Shown: in pieces, positions 26,114 to 39,916 of the stretch | Position numbering within the stretch: position 1 is the first letter of the stretch | Layout: the number at the start of each line of letters is the position of its first letter | Assembly: GCF_018350175.1 (NCBI RefSeq) | Contig: NC_058368.1 | Coordinates: 78,804,001 to 78,868,000, forward strand | Direction of reading: 5' to 3' | Length of the DNA: 64,000 bases | DNA from: Felis catus | Lineage: Eukaryota | Notes under the pieces: model-generated | Told to the model about the DNA's origin: nothing | Databases searched by the model: none | What the model saw: only the letters and a program-made list of their open reading frames with translations | Program-made: the position numbers and the translations under genes

Positions 26114-26264
26114 CAGTCCCCTGGTGTTGCCGATTGCCAAGCAAGACAGTATGTTGGAAAAAGACATTATGTTCAAAGATGCAAGAAAAGGTCTATGCAA
26201 GCGACAGTCTCAGGACAGTGTCCCTGAAGATGCCACGGTGAACGTCCCCACCAAACCTGAACAG
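26114..26264 (+). CDS. MYO16: MYO16 internal coding exon [50 protein letters not shown], 151 nt, phase 2/0
   Basis: ttttctgTAG acceptor (tandem TAGCAG), CAG|GTAACA donor; in frame with both neighbours; contained in ORF 26094..26294. Confidence 0.95.
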
Positions 26265-26685
26265 GTAACATGTCTTTACTGTGGGTCTGCTTAGTGCATC
26301 ATGCTTTAAAATCCAACGTTTCAAAACCAAACACCCACAAATTTCCATTCAAGGAAAAATTCATAACCTAAAGGTTAATACTTGGTTTAAAATTCCCATA
26401 TACACACTGTCATGGCATTATACTGACCATTAAACATAGCTGCTATTGTGCTGTAGAAGGATTTAATTTTGTACTCTTGACTTCTATATCAGAAATGTGA
26501 GCTCAGCCAGTATGCTGATTCCTGAATATTCCTGAATAACAGTTATGTGTTTGGTCATCATTTTGATTATTACATGGAGTATGCTTTTTGTTTCCTTCAA
26601 AGATCCAACTATTTTATATAACAAGAAGAAAGAAAAATCAACCACTAGGAGTCATTTATGGAAAGTAACTGTGGTGGTGTACTTT

Positions 26686-26689
26686 GTGT

Positions 26690-26740
<51 letters not shown>

Positions 26741-26745
26741 TGTGT
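26686..26745. repeat. (TG)n microsatellite, imperfect
   Basis: Direct reading. Confidence 0.95.
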
Positions 26746-27059
26746 CCCGCAGTGCCTAGGTTATGGGCGATCACTTTGATGAGCTGGGAGATATAGAAAT
26801 TAGTGTATTTTCTGTTACCATTCCTACAGAAATAAATGATTTTTACATCCTTCATGTTTTATAAGTGGCAGAGTAATTTTATACATGTCAGAGTAATCCT
26901 TGAAACTGTTTTATTTCACTCTAATTTCGGATAATTTAAAGACATCTTAGCTAGGTTTTCCAAAGGCCATCTTTTCAAAATTTAATTTTAGCTTCATTAA
27001 TTTTTGTTATGTCAAAATAACTAATAAATGGTTTTTGTAATTTTGAGATACTTTAAAAA

Positions 27060-27075
27060 TTATTATTTATTTGCT

Positions 27076-27124
<49 letters not shown>

Positions 27125-27262
27125 GGGCAGACAGAAAGGGATACACGGAATTGGAAGCAGGCTCCAGGCTCTGAGATGTCAGCACAGAGCCCAATGTGGG
27201 GCTTGAACCCATGCATGAATGGTGAGATCATGACCTGAGCCGAAGTCAGACACTTAACCAAC
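27060..27262 (-). mobile_element. Can-SINE lacking its first ~20 nt, long (GA)n
   Basis: Similarity stops at cttaaccaact. Confidence 0.9.
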
Positions 27263-27271
27263 TTTAGTAGG

Positions 27272-27653
27272 TGTATTTGTCAGCTTAGGCTGCCATGACA
27301 AAATACTACAAACTGGGTGGCTTAAGGAACAGAAATTCATTTTTCACAGTCCTAGAGACTTGAAGTACAAGGTCAAGGTACCAACTGATGAGGTTTCTTC
27401 TGATAAAGGTCCTCATCCTGACTGATTTCTCCCTGTGTCCTCATCTGGGAGGTGGTGGTGGTGGGGAGGAAAGAGACAGAGAGAAGGAAAGACCTGTCTG
27501 GTGTCTCTTATAAGGACACCAATCCTATAGGATCAGGGCCCCACCCCTGTGACCTCATTTAACTTTTATTACCTCCTTAAGGCCCCATCGCCAAATGCTC
27601 ACATCGAGAGCCTCAACATCTGAATTTGGAGGAATGCAATTCAGTTTGTAACA
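27272..27653 (-). mobile_element. MaLR solo LTR (MLT1-like)
   Basis: tgtatt...ggctgccat.acaaaatac.acaaactgggtggcttaa..aacagaaatt...ttataaggacaccaatcc...aattcagt...taaca; flanks gtagg/gtaga fit a 5-bp TSD with one mismatch. Confidence 0.85.
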
Positions 27654-28456
27654 GTAGACAGATTGAATGTTAGGTAAGATTTAAGGCACCGCTATCATCC
27701 CTCCTTGGCCCTGATTCCCTCCCGAGGAAGATCGACGTCACCCACTGGCTGGATTATACTTTTACGTTTCACAGGAGAGCTTCAGAAAAGGCTTGTGGAA
27801 GCAAGAGCCTTCTGAATAGCATTTTAAAGGGAAACGTGGAATGTGGAAAATTTCTTTAAAAATTGAAACAAAAACCACTGTATCTCTCCTTCCTGGTTTT
27901 TCTAAAATGTAGGTTTTATCAAATGGTAACTGTGTGAATGAATATTCAAGGCTTGATTGAAACTTTTTCGGTTCTGATAATCACCAAAACGAACACGTAT
28001 TATCTCTGAGAATGGAGAGAGAATTCCTCTTAAGTTCTTTCAAAGTGTGTAATACGTTCTTCCTTTTCTTTCCTTTTCATTCTGCCTTTCCCTCCCTTTC
28101 TCCTCTCCCTGCCTCCTTCTGTCCTTCTCTAACTTCCTGACTTCCTAACTTTACCCTCTCTCCCTTCTTCTGCTTCCTTCCTTTCTGAATATATTTATAA
28201 AAATTTAGTTCACACTTGAAATTTGGGTCCAATTTTTATCCCATTTAGTGAAGGCATGGTAGCCTGGGAGGGCAGAGAAGACTGATGCTCTGGTTCAGGT
28301 CTGCTGCTTAGACTCTAGGCTCCTTGAGCTCATAAGACCCATCTATAAAATGGGTACATAGTATAGTCTTCACAGGGTTTTTACAGAGCTGACAAAAGAA
28401 GAGGGCTATAAGGTTATAACACAATTACCAAGAACAGAGTAAAAATGCAGTAAGAT

Positions 28457-28653
28457 GGGGCATCTGGCTGGCTTCGTCGGCTGAGTGTCCAGCTCTTGAT
28501 TTCAGCTCAGGTTGTGATCCCACAGTTCTGGGATCGATCCCCACGTAGGGCTCTGTACTGACCACACGGAGCCTGCTTGGGATCCTCCCCCCCACCCCCT
28601 CTCTGCCCCTCTCCTGCTCTCTTTCTCTCAAAATAAATAAACATTAAATTTAA
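28457..28653 (+). mobile_element. Can-SINE inserted beside a MIR relic
   Basis: Perfect 16-bp TSD aaaaatgcagtaagat; MIR core catctataaaatggg at about 28340. Confidence 0.95.
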
Positions 28654-29322
28654 AAAAATGCAGTAAGATCTATTTATATTTTTATTGTTATTATTTGTAT
28701 AGATTCACTGTATGTTAGGTTTTGCCAGAATGGCTGAGTTCTCTACCACTAAATGTATCTGCTCTTAATTGATCTAATTCCAGTCAACACATCCACCAGG
28801 CTTTATTTTTTTTTCAATGCAAATGTAGATTACTTTAGATAATAATAATACAAAATCATACTTTGTATTAACATTTCAGTGCTTAACCATGCATTCACCT
28901 GCATTATCCTAATCCTCAAAATCCCACCATGGGCAAGTTATTATCCTTTTTCATTACTTAACTTACACTCATGTTACAGATTCAGTTTGAAAATGACCAA
29001 ATTCCAGAACCTGAAGCGAATTGCCAAGAGTCACAAGTACTTCTTTACTCTGTATCTGGTTCTTCATCGGGGACACCCCCAAGGAGCTCCCCGTTCACCT
29101 GGCAGAGCCCTGTCGACTTGCGATGGTTCCATCAATAGGCGAGGGGTCGGCATGCCACGGCTGCCTGTGCGCTACAGGGCTTTTGACAGTTGGCGAGAAT
29201 TCTCTTTCTGTGGTCTAAGAAATACCCATATTTGCATACGCAAAAATGTAAACCCTTGGCCAGGCGAAGCAATAGGAAGTGAAAGAACCTGATACATTTT
29301 GTTGTCTTAGAAACATCTAACA

Positions 29323-29541
29323 GGGGCGCCTGGGTGGCTCAGTCGGTTCAGCGTCTGATTTCAGCTCAAGTTGTGATCTCATAGTTCGTGGGTTCGAGCC
29401 CCGCGTCAGGCTCTGTGCTGACAGCTCGGAGCCTGGAGCCTGCTTCGGATTCTGTGTCTCTCCCTCTCTCTCTGCCCCTCCCCGGCTCATTCACTGTCTC
29501 AATCTCTCTCAAAAATGAATAAAAACATTAAGAAAATTAAA
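29323..29541 (+). mobile_element. Can-SINE
   Basis: TSD agaaacatct(a/g)acag. Confidence 0.95.
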
Positions 29542-31215
29542 AGAAACATCTGACAGAATAGCGAAAACGAGGGGAAATAATTAAAATGCTATCTAGGCAC
29601 GGTGGTGGGCTTAAGCTTTGGAAAACTTAGTATTTTGTCAGATTATCACCCTTTTCCCTGTTATGACCTCTTGGCCACCTCGTTTTTTTCCTAACTTCCT
29701 CTCTCCTCTTCATTCATGAATACTCGGTCCTTTTCCCCTCCTCAAGATCCTGATGGTTTTCTCCTGTTTGTCAAACCACCTCCTCTGTCCCCTGGACTTA
29801 TGGTTTCTGCACATGTACTGCTAATCTCCCAGGGATGAAAAGTCACAAACAAACGAACAAAACAGGAAAGGCGGCGCCACTCCAAGCAAGTGTGGACGAC
29901 CTGGAGTCAGGGAAATCAGACTGTTTCCCAAACTTAAGTTCCCTTTGGATCTCGAAACATTTCTCAAAGTGTTTCTCTGAAGTTCTTCCTGACCTTCTAT
30001 CCTGAGCTCTATTTACTTTATGTTCTAGATCTCCCCTTTTACACAGATAGATAGGGATATATGTCTTCGTGGAAATCATAGTGGCCAATCTCAGAGAGGA
30101 TTTTTTTTTTTTTTACGTATTTTCCCACCTCGCTTTTATCTTGTGTTATAATTGTTTGGCAGACTTTGACAGTAGACCTTATCAAGCCTGCCACTGTAAC
30201 ATAAAAATATTCAGAGATGTGTTTTTCTGGTTCTTTCTACTTGCAGCTGCCCCGGTGCCTTTGAAATCTTTATAAAGAATGTGTCCCTCTGATAACCTTG
30301 CTTACAATCCATCATCAAAGCCTCCTTCCTGATCATTTTGGGCTCCTGATGTGATGAATGCAAGGGATTCTTCCCTTGATCTGCTCTCACACTGTATTTG
30401 TCACATTTCATTACCGCAGACAGGCTCAGGCGTCTCCACATTTTTACTGTCAGCCTAGTACTTTCCTTAACCCCGTGAAACAGCTGTGCCACTGTGGATG
30501 GAAATCCACAAAAATACCAACGGATGTCTGCAATAGCTCTTTCGGGCTTGTCAGAACAAATGTCGGGCTTCCGTTCATACTCTGCATGCGCTTTCTAAAC
30601 ATACACCCAGAAGTCCGCATTGAGCTTGTTAGAGCTATGGCTGTAAGGGGAAGTTTCTTATCTTAGAAACGTAAACCATTTCGTCTAAAGAAACAAATCT
30701 CGCTTTTGATTTGTCTCCTTTTTATGATGGTGTGGGAGTTAAATATGGATGCTAACTTGATGGAGACTTTTGTCTTTATTTTTGCATTGTCCAAAGTTAT
30801 TGCAACCCCTTATTGTCTTGTATCATATCATGTAGATGCATGAATACATATATATGTGTGTGTTCGTGTGTGTGTATAAAGTGTGTCTATATACACACAC
30901 ATACATACCTGTTTTGGGGGGTGAATATCTGTGTCTATGTACATGTGTGCATTATGATACTTTTAAGAAATGATTGCAAAATCACTGGAAAGAAAAGATA
31001 CTTACCTCCATCCCTAAGTTGATAATGAAAGTTTCCTTTTATGCTTCTCTCTATATAAAGACTTTTGCCAGGAGTCTTTATTTCTTGGAAACACATACTT
31101 GTCCATTTGTAGTTATTTTCTGAGTTCTTTTCATGTCTAAGGGCAAACACTTGAGCCGGTGACCCTGTAACCCAGTGCAGGTATCTTTCAGTATAAGCAA
31201 ACCTTTGATCTTTTG

Positions 31216-31419
31216 AAATTTTTTTTTTTTAGTGTTTATTTTTGAGACAGAGTGCGAGCATGGGAGGGGCAGAGAGAGAGGAAGACACAGAATCTGAAGC
31301 AGGCTCCAGTCTCTGAGCTGTCAGCACAGAGCCTGACACGGGGCTCGAACCCATGAACCATGAGATCATGACCTGAGCCGAAGTCTGATGCTTAACTGAC
31401 TGTGCCACCCAGGTGCCCC
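31216..31419 (-). mobile_element. Can-SINE
   Basis: TSD aaacctttgatcttttg. Confidence 0.95.
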
Positions 31420-32599
31420 TAAACCTTTGATCTTTTGTACACGGGTCCCAGGTAATAAATCCAGTGCAGTTCTGGGGCTCCCCTCCTCTGCCACCCATCC
31501 CTGTCCCATGCCCCCCTCTCCTCCTGCACCACCACCTGCCCTGTTTCCTCCCACCCTGCAGCCCACAGGCGCCTTCCAGGGGGCTTTCTGACGTTATGAC
31601 TCTTACCACCTTCTCCCCTCTCCCTGTCCGTCTTCTCCCACACCCCATGGGACGGCCTCCCGCAGTTATGTCCTGTTTCAGCTTTGCTGCGCTTTCCTCA
31701 GAGAGGACTTCTGAGACCATCCGAGCCAAAGTACACTTGGTCACTTTTCAGAGCATCCTGTTTTCTCTCCTAGCGCTTTTCCTCATTGTGATTTCTTAGT
31801 TACCATCCTCACTTTTCCCCCTGCAAACTGTAAACACTGAGGTAAAAGACCTCATCCCTTATCTCCCTCTTTGTACTAAACCTCGAACAATGTGCCTGGC
31901 TACGGGCCAGGGAGCAAGAAAACGAAAGGCAAACTATTGAATATACGTTGTCAGATTGATTCATTATCTGCTAGACTTTCTCTGCTGTTACCTAATGGTT
32001 ATTGTCCCGGTTTCCACTTCTGACCTCTCAGTTGTGTGACCCCAGGGGAACCGTGTGACTTCTCTGGGCCTTAAGTTCTATTTCTACCGATTAAGGAACA
32101 CATCACTGAATTTCAAACTTTTTAAAATTATTATTTCACAGCAGATCCTTCCCCATAAAGGGATATATGAAAAAGAACTCCAATTTTTAAAGCAGATGAA
32201 AGATGAGTGTCTTTGCTGAGAGCCACAGAGATTGGCCTGGAGCCTCTACAAATACCTCCTCCCCCCTCTCTCCTCCCTCCAAAGGCAGTCCTCAGGGAAG
32301 TTGGCAGAAAGTTTATCTTTGGTGCTCACAGCCCTCTCTAGATGTTTTACTAACTGTGTAACAATGTACCCCCCCACCCCCACTTAGCCACAGAGCAGGC
32401 ACCTTGCTGGGCCTTCATGCAAACTAATCCTCACAGCCTCCAATGAGGAACCCATCATTATCTTTCCTAGTACGAAAGAGGATTGAAAGTGACTTAGTAA
32501 TGTTAGGGAAGAAAAATGTTCACATTCCCACAACCAGGAAGATACACCACTGAGATTTCAACCCATTCATCCCATTGAATACAAAAATAATCAATGTAA

Positions 32600-32808
32600 G
32601 GGAGCCTGGGTGGCTCAGTTGGTTAAGCATCCAACTCTTGGTTTCAACTCAGGTCACGAGCTCATGATTCGTGAGTCTGAGCCCCACGTCAGGCTCTGCA
32701 GAGACAGCAAGGCGCCTGCTTGTGATCCTCGGTCTCTTCTTCTCTCTCTGTCCCTCCCCAGCTTGTGCGTGCTTTCTCTCTCTCTCAAAATAAATAAAAA
32801 CTTAAGGC

Positions 32809-32851
<43 letters not shown>
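32600..32851 (+). mobile_element. Can-SINE whose tail carries a (CA)n microsatellite (32811-32851)
   Basis: Head, CT tract, aaataaataaaa then pure CA run. Confidence 0.9.
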
Positions 32852-32854
<3 letters not shown>

Positions 32855-33460
32855 GTCGATCTCTTAATGTGCTTCAGTTTCCAGCATTTAAGGTGGGGAA
32901 GCTCAAATCAGTAAGATTTTTACCCAAATGAGACTGACTGATAAGAAACACCGAATCAAACACAGCGTACGTCAGGCATGCTTCTAGTTACTTACCTGGC
33001 AGCATTTTCGGATTATGAGACTCTTCAAAGTAGAACTAAGTGTATCGTGTTTAAAACAAAACAAAAAAAAACACAGATATCACACAATCCCAAAACTGAT
33101 TTTGACAACCCAGAAAATACTGGGGGTTGTGGAACATTATGACTTCTATTTTTATCAGCACAAGTACCAGCTTTTGGATGGCACTCAACTATTTAAGTAA
33201 GTACTTGTGAAAGTATCAAAGTCTTAAAGCTATGTCTCTAACCAATTAAAATTAACTAGTCAACTAAGTTGAATAAGACTATGTTATATGCATCTTAATT
33301 ACAGGTTAATTCTGAAAGGTATTTTGAGGCATATTTCTTTTAAATGCTAGAAAAGCAGAGAAAATAAACCCAAGGTGTTGGCTCTGTTGGGAATATTGGG
33401 GGGCAGGGAGAGGCTTGTTCTTGACATTTATGAGGTCTGGAATATTTTACAAATTAATTT

Positions 33461-33671
33461 TTTTTTTACATTTATTTAGTTTTGAGAGACAGAAAGAGAC
33501 ACAGCACAAGTGGGGGAGGGGCAGAGAGAGAAGGAGACACAGAATCCGAAGCAGGCTCCAGGCTCTGAGATGTCAGCACAGAGCCCGACGCGGGGCTCGA
33601 ACTCACACACTGTGAGATCATGACCCGAGCTGAAGTCGGACGCTTAACCGACTGAGCCACCCAGGCGCCCC
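33461..33671 (-). mobile_element. Can-SINE
   Basis: TSD aattaattttt. Confidence 0.95.
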
Positions 33672-34224
33672 ACTAATTAATTTTTAATACATATTGGATA
33701 GGGTATTTGCTATTTTCCCAAATGGTGGTGTCTCAAATACCAGAGCCCACGGCCATGACACCCTCCTAACTGGAAGAAAAAACAAACCACTCTTCTGACC
33801 ATTTGAGATTCCCAGTAAAGAATTTGAGTTTCCATTATTAATACGTTAGGATTATAAGCAGTCTGGGAGGGCAGTGACTTGTAATTGTCAGTGCCATAGA
33901 CATTTAGCTGATAAGCAGTAATATTTAAGTTCAAATTATGTAACAGTGGTGCATACGATAATAAAATTTGTAATGCAATTATAAATACAAACTGCAAATG
34001 CAAGTAGAGAATGCAAACACGAACACAAATAAGAGAAGTAAACTTGCTGCTGTTAAAAATTCGCTATGGGCACCCATGAGCCCTCAGAGGCGTTAGTCAC
34101 AATATTCTTGTTCTTTGGCTCCCCTGTGTTTTGACATAAGAAAACCAAAGCTGTCATAGTAGATCGAGTGCCTAGTTTGCACAACATTATCTTGTGTATG
34201 TAAAATTAAACATTGTCCATTCGT

Positions 34225-34432
34225 GGGGCACCTGGGTGGCTCAGTCACTTGAGGGTCTGACTCTTGATCTCGGCTCAGGTCGTGATCTCACAGTCCTGAG
34301 ATCAAGCCCTGTGCTGGGCTTCCCACTGAGTGTGGAGCTTGCTTGGGATTCTCTCTCTCTCTGCCTCTCCACTGTTCACACACGCCCCTTCTCCCTGTCT
34401 CTTAAAATAAATAAATAAACATTACAAAAAAA
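34225..34432 (+). mobile_element. Can-SINE
   Basis: TSD attgtccattc. Confidence 0.92.
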
Positions 34433-35095
34433 ATTGTCCATTCTTAACTCGTAAATGATAGATTTACAGTTAATCCAAATTCAAATTCATTGCTTTTTTA
34501 ATTGAAATGTTTCCCAGGTGTTTTTTATTTTTTTTTTTAACTCTGTCACTTTCCATGAAATTGAATAGGGAAGCATTTTTTTCTTGATGGCAGAATTATC
34601 TTAATCTCACAGCTACTTTCGTTGTAAGTGTAATGTAGAAAAGAATAAAGATCCCAAGCCAAGATTCTGGAGTCTTCTTTCAAAATCTGGCCTCCTCCTA
34701 CATGCATGCAGAAAGTAAATTCCAGGCACACTGCTTCCTTCACCACGCCAACAACGGTAATATGAAAATTTTTGCTTTAGCTTTGGAAAACGCTGCAAAT
34801 ATGTGAGCCTTTCAGCTGCTTGTCTTACAGAGGACTCAGGTGTCTACATTTAAAATCAACATGCTGAAATAATTTTGACAGACTAATGCCTTTGCGGGAC
34901 GTAAGGTTAACACGGGGGGTGCTCGTATCAGTGCGTGTGTGTGAGCGTGCGTGCACGCTCACGGGCACAGGACCGAAATTCTCATCTGAATACATTTCTC
35001 TGTGGCTGTTGAATTTTTTCTTCCTTGGAAGTGAACCATTTCATCTTTTAATAGCGGTTTCAGGCTCACGTGGCCTTTAAACCTTTGACATGTAA

Positions 35096-35365
<270 letters not shown>

Positions 35366-37961
35366 TAAAGGGCTTAGTGTTGTCTCTGGGCATGCTGACA
35401 GCTTAAGGTGGATTTCTCCGAGTTCGGGTTCATTCTGACTGAGTTCCAAGGCAGGTTCAGCAGAGATCCAGATTTCAGAGTTGTTAAGTGAAAGGTAATA
35501 CCCTGTGGGTAGACAGCTTTCCGGTTGTCAAGTTTGCTGTGGAAGAAGATCTTGCTGGAAACAGAAGGATCTTCAAGTCACTTATCAAAATGCCGTTTGT
35601 TTCCTGTGTTCTACATAGCCTGCCCGATCTGGAAAAGAAAGCTGAGGAGGTAGAGTTGACTCCTCAGGTCAGTGTGCGTGAAAAGAGAAACTATTGTCCC
35701 TCTCAGTTATCAGGAAACGCTTTGTCTGTAAAGTAAATACTTTATACGCCCATCTCTGATAACAGGATATGAATATATGACACAGTTGACAAACGGCATG
35801 GAGAATTAATTTGCTGTGGTTCTGCCCTGGTTTATATGTGTTATTTCTTCCAATACACAGAACAATTTAGACCCCATGTAATCTCAGTCTCTGGCTCTGT
35901 CCGACTCTCTCTGTCCTTGAATTTGTTATGTTCAACTCATAGCAATTCAATCAGAATTGTCTGTAGGGAAATCTGATTATGCCCATATCTGCTATCCCTT
36001 TTTGATAACCCCCTTTTTCTCCTGGTCTACCGAGAAATTGATTAAGTAATTTTCATGTAAATGTGAAGCCTGAGATTTCCTTACCAGTCATAAATCGCCA
36101 GGTGCTGATTAACCTACGCAAATTCAGCGCAGCCTCTTAACGCTTGGATGAATCGGCCGCCTCTGCAAATACACGTAAAATTAAATGCTTCTATCAAAAT
36201 GAAGGGAATTACGTCATTGGCATAAAGTGGGGAAACCTGATGACCTTGGCCCCTGTTACTCTTGTGATTTGTGTATTGTTGTTATTCCGTTCCCTCACCT
36301 TTTCTAGCATTGTGCTGATTTCTTCTCTTCTACCACAACTTCCTCCTTTTGACTTCTTAATTATATTGCCAGAAGACCATTGCTTGAACTGTTTGGGATT
36401 TCTGTGTTTCCTTCATGCTTCTCAAGTGCCTGTGTCTCCCCGATACCCACTTAGTCTACTTCCTGGCGGTCACCGTTCTCATCAAGGCCACTGTCCTCTC
36501 TTCCCCAACCGCCTCCCAGCCGTCCAGAGACAAACTTGTTCCCTCTCCACCTGACCTCACAAGGAGCTAGAGTAATTTTTGTAATGAACCAGTGTAATCT
36601 TGAAACCCCCGTTCTTTGACTTCTCTGTGGCTTCTCGTTTTTCATGGGAGGACAGCCACAATCTTCATTCACGATCCGGCCCCCGGACACTAAGCGTTGA
36701 TGCTCTCGGCCTCCGGCAGCTGCCTTCCTGTCTACACCAGGATTTTTCTCGGCCTGTTTTGCTTTCCCCTAAGTTTCTCTCTCTACCCCATGAAATAAAC
36801 ACTTAGCTTCACAAACTGCCCCTCAAAAGTTCTTCAGTCTTCAAGGAAACCTGCCCAGATAAAGTTGTGATGGATCTTTCTTGTGACTGCTTGTGATTTT
36901 ATACCTTACCGGTCCCTTGATTGATCTTTGGGTGCTGTGCGGGGCTCTGGCTCAGTGAGAATAGGACCCATGCTGATTTTACTCACTGTGAGGCCTGGTC
37001 AAGCACTTTACAATCGCAAGTGACAGGTATTTCTTGCTGTTTATCAGCTCCTCTGGACACGGGACCCTCTTCTTAGACTCTCTCTGCTCACTGGGTTTCT
37101 CTTTCTCTCTGGACCATCAGAATTGATATTCCCTGCTTTGTTCAAGCTCACATAAAATATAAATTTGCCACCGTGTGAGACGTGATTTTCTTCCTTTCCA
37201 TACCTGAAATATTGAAGAGCTAAATCGTCTGGGATCAATTTTGTGATGAGTGCTCTAAGTTATGTTATTGGAACTCTCCTTTAATGGTTAGACAAGCAAT
37301 TTCAACATTATTGATTGAATAATAACAAGTGATTTTCAAAGTATCCTGTGAACCATTGGGTGTATGAGCTTTTTATTACCGTTCTGCAGGGAGAGTAAGC
37401 ATTTAGAACCTCTTATAGCAATTTGATGGTTTCATTTCCTTCTGTTGAATCTGAAAAGAATCCAGCCTTGTGCTTTGTATGTCTTTGTCTTTTCCAATGT
37501 CACATTTACAGGAATTCATTTTTATTATGTTTTACAAAAGTATCAGTCCATGATGAATTGGAAATGGAAGTTTCCTTGCCACAAATACAGAAACCCTGGT
37601 TTCAGTGGGTGTTGTATTCAGAGTTGGTCATGTGACCTACCCCCCCGGCACACACCCCCCACCACGCTCCCTGCATGCCTCCCCCCTCCCTGCCCCTTTT
37701 ATTCCTCCTCCAGCTTTCAGCCCAAAGTGCCTAGTTTCGGTGTTGGTACTAGTCTTTCTTCCATGTCCTAAGTCACGTTTTCATGCAAATCTCAGCAACT
37801 TTCTTTTCAAAATATATGCAGAATGGACTCCCACTGCTACCACTGGCCCATCAGTGCCAACATAACACATGTCAGCAGAATTAATTGTTTAACCAGGAGT
37901 TTCCTCTTTTTGCTGTAGTCTGACTGGTTATATAAGGTGATCTTTGAAAACAATCTGTAGG

Positions 37962-37977
37962 TTTCTCTTTTCTTTTT

Positions 37978-38023
<46 letters not shown>

Positions 38024-38038
38024 TTCTTTCTCTTTCTG

Positions 38039-38082
<44 letters not shown>

Positions 38083-38134
38083 TCCTTTGTCTCTCTTTCT
38101 TTGTCTTTTGTGTGTGTGTGTGTGTGTGTGTGTG
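37962..38134. repeat. Compound microsatellite: two (TTTC)n blocks followed by (TG)n
   Basis: Direct reading. Confidence 0.95.
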
Positions 38135-38827
38135 CGCCAAAACCCAGGAGCAAACGTAACTGACTCTTTTAACTAAGTGCATAGCATTCCATTTGGATAT
38201 CAGATTGGGAAGGTTCCATATAGCCCGTAGCAGTAGGACGTGCCCAAACCATCAAACAAAATTAATTGCAAGAGATGAGGTGTTTGCTTGCTAGGAAATG
38301 CAGAGAATAAAGGCATTTCATTCTCTGAATGATTACGGTTAACTGGAACAGAGAGAATAGACTATGCAATCAGATTTCTTTGTGGATGGCAGATAAACAT
38401 GGAAGCAATATTCTCTTTATTCTTTTTGTAAACACACTGGTAGGACTTAAGACTCATAATGAAAGAACCCCACAAAATAAACACAGGCTCCTGTAACATC
38501 TGGTTAGCCAGGTAGGTGGCCTGGCTCACCTGAGCCACTGACTGAACATTCCCCTGTAGGCAACCCCGTGGGATGTAACAGGTTTTTTTTTTTTTTTTTT
38601 TTTTGTTAAGAGCAGCTCAAGAGGCTAGCTTGTGTCAGAAGTTGAAGTCTGTCTAGCTTGGAGAACATTGGAAATTCTGTAGACAGACTCGTTTTCCCCA
38701 AGCTGGCACTGCCCCCCAGCCTGTATCTGAAGCCTCACCCACCATATGCAGTACCTACCATGTCGTTCCATGTCCCTCCACTCAATCTATTATAGACCCT
38801 TGTGAACACTTAATAGAAGTGACCTAT

Positions 38828-39047
38828 TTATTTTTTGGTTATTTTAATGTTTTATTTATTTTTGAGACAGACAGAGACAGAGCGTGAGTGGGGGAGGGGC
38901 AGAGAGAGAGGGAGACACAGAATCCAAAGCAGGAACCAGACTCTGAGCTGTCAGCACAGAGCCCGACGCGGGACTCGAACCCACAAACCGTGAGATCATG
39001 ACCTGAGCCGAAGTTGGACGCTTAACCAACTGAGCCACTCAGGTGCA
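38828..39047 (-). mobile_element. Can-SINE
   Basis: TSD tagaagtga(c/g)ctatt. Confidence 0.95.
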
Positions 39048-39080
39048 CTAGAAGTGAGCTATTAAAAAAAAAAAAAGTAA

Positions 39081-39263
39081 GGGGCACCTGTGTGGCTCAG
39101 TAGGTTGAGTATCCGACTCTTGATTTCAGCTCAGGCCATGATCCCAAGGTTATGAGATCAAGCCCCTGTTGAGCTCTGTGCTGAGCCTGGAGCCTACTTT
39201 AGATTCTCTCTTCTCTTCTCCCTCTGCCCCTCTCCCCTGCTCACACTCTTTCTCTTAAAAAAA
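39081..39263 (+). mobile_element. Can-SINE
   Basis: Head ggggcacctgtgtggctcag; TSD aaaaaaagt. Confidence 0.9.
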
Positions 39264-39916
39264 AGTGATATTTTAGAAAGGTGAGGTAAAGGAAATCTGT
39301 AGTTTTCTAAATTAAAAAAAAACATTTTATAACATTCCCTTCTATCAACAGAGCCTCTTGAGAATATGGCATAGGTTTATACAAGCTCATACTCTGGGAA
39401 TCTATCGCTGACATTCAGATCACGTTTTTCTGAACAATGTTTTTGTTTATCGCAAAATATATTTGCAAAGGCAGTCTCAAATACTTTCAATAATCAGACC
39501 AAAGTAAAAATTATATATCAATAGAAAAATGCAACTTAGAAGTGTTTTGATTTTTTTTTTTAGTTCCTCATTTTTCTTTCCTTAGCACATTTCCCGATTC
39601 TCCCTCGATCTCTTATTCTTCATTTTTCTGAGCAATTTTCAGATACTTCACTGTAAAGCTTCCCCTTTGGGGCAATCATTTCCCTTTTCTTTTCTCCTGT
39701 ACGTGGCTGTAACACAGTGGCCAAGCCTTCTAAGTCAATGTTGGATTGCATCACAGCACGTAGAGAGAATAGGGCACAGCTTGTGATGGGTGTATGGCAT
39801 CATGAATTTTCAGCTGGTGAACAGGCTCAAGTAACCAGCAGCTTCATAAAGAAATAAAATATAAGCAGCACCTTCCCCAGTTGACCCTAATCATTAAAAA
39901 GATTTTGGTGTGTATC

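Noticed and set aside
31229..31744. Longest ORF in the track (171 aa, - strand)
   Set aside because: Low-complexity G-rich sequence running into a SINE; no domain or splice support
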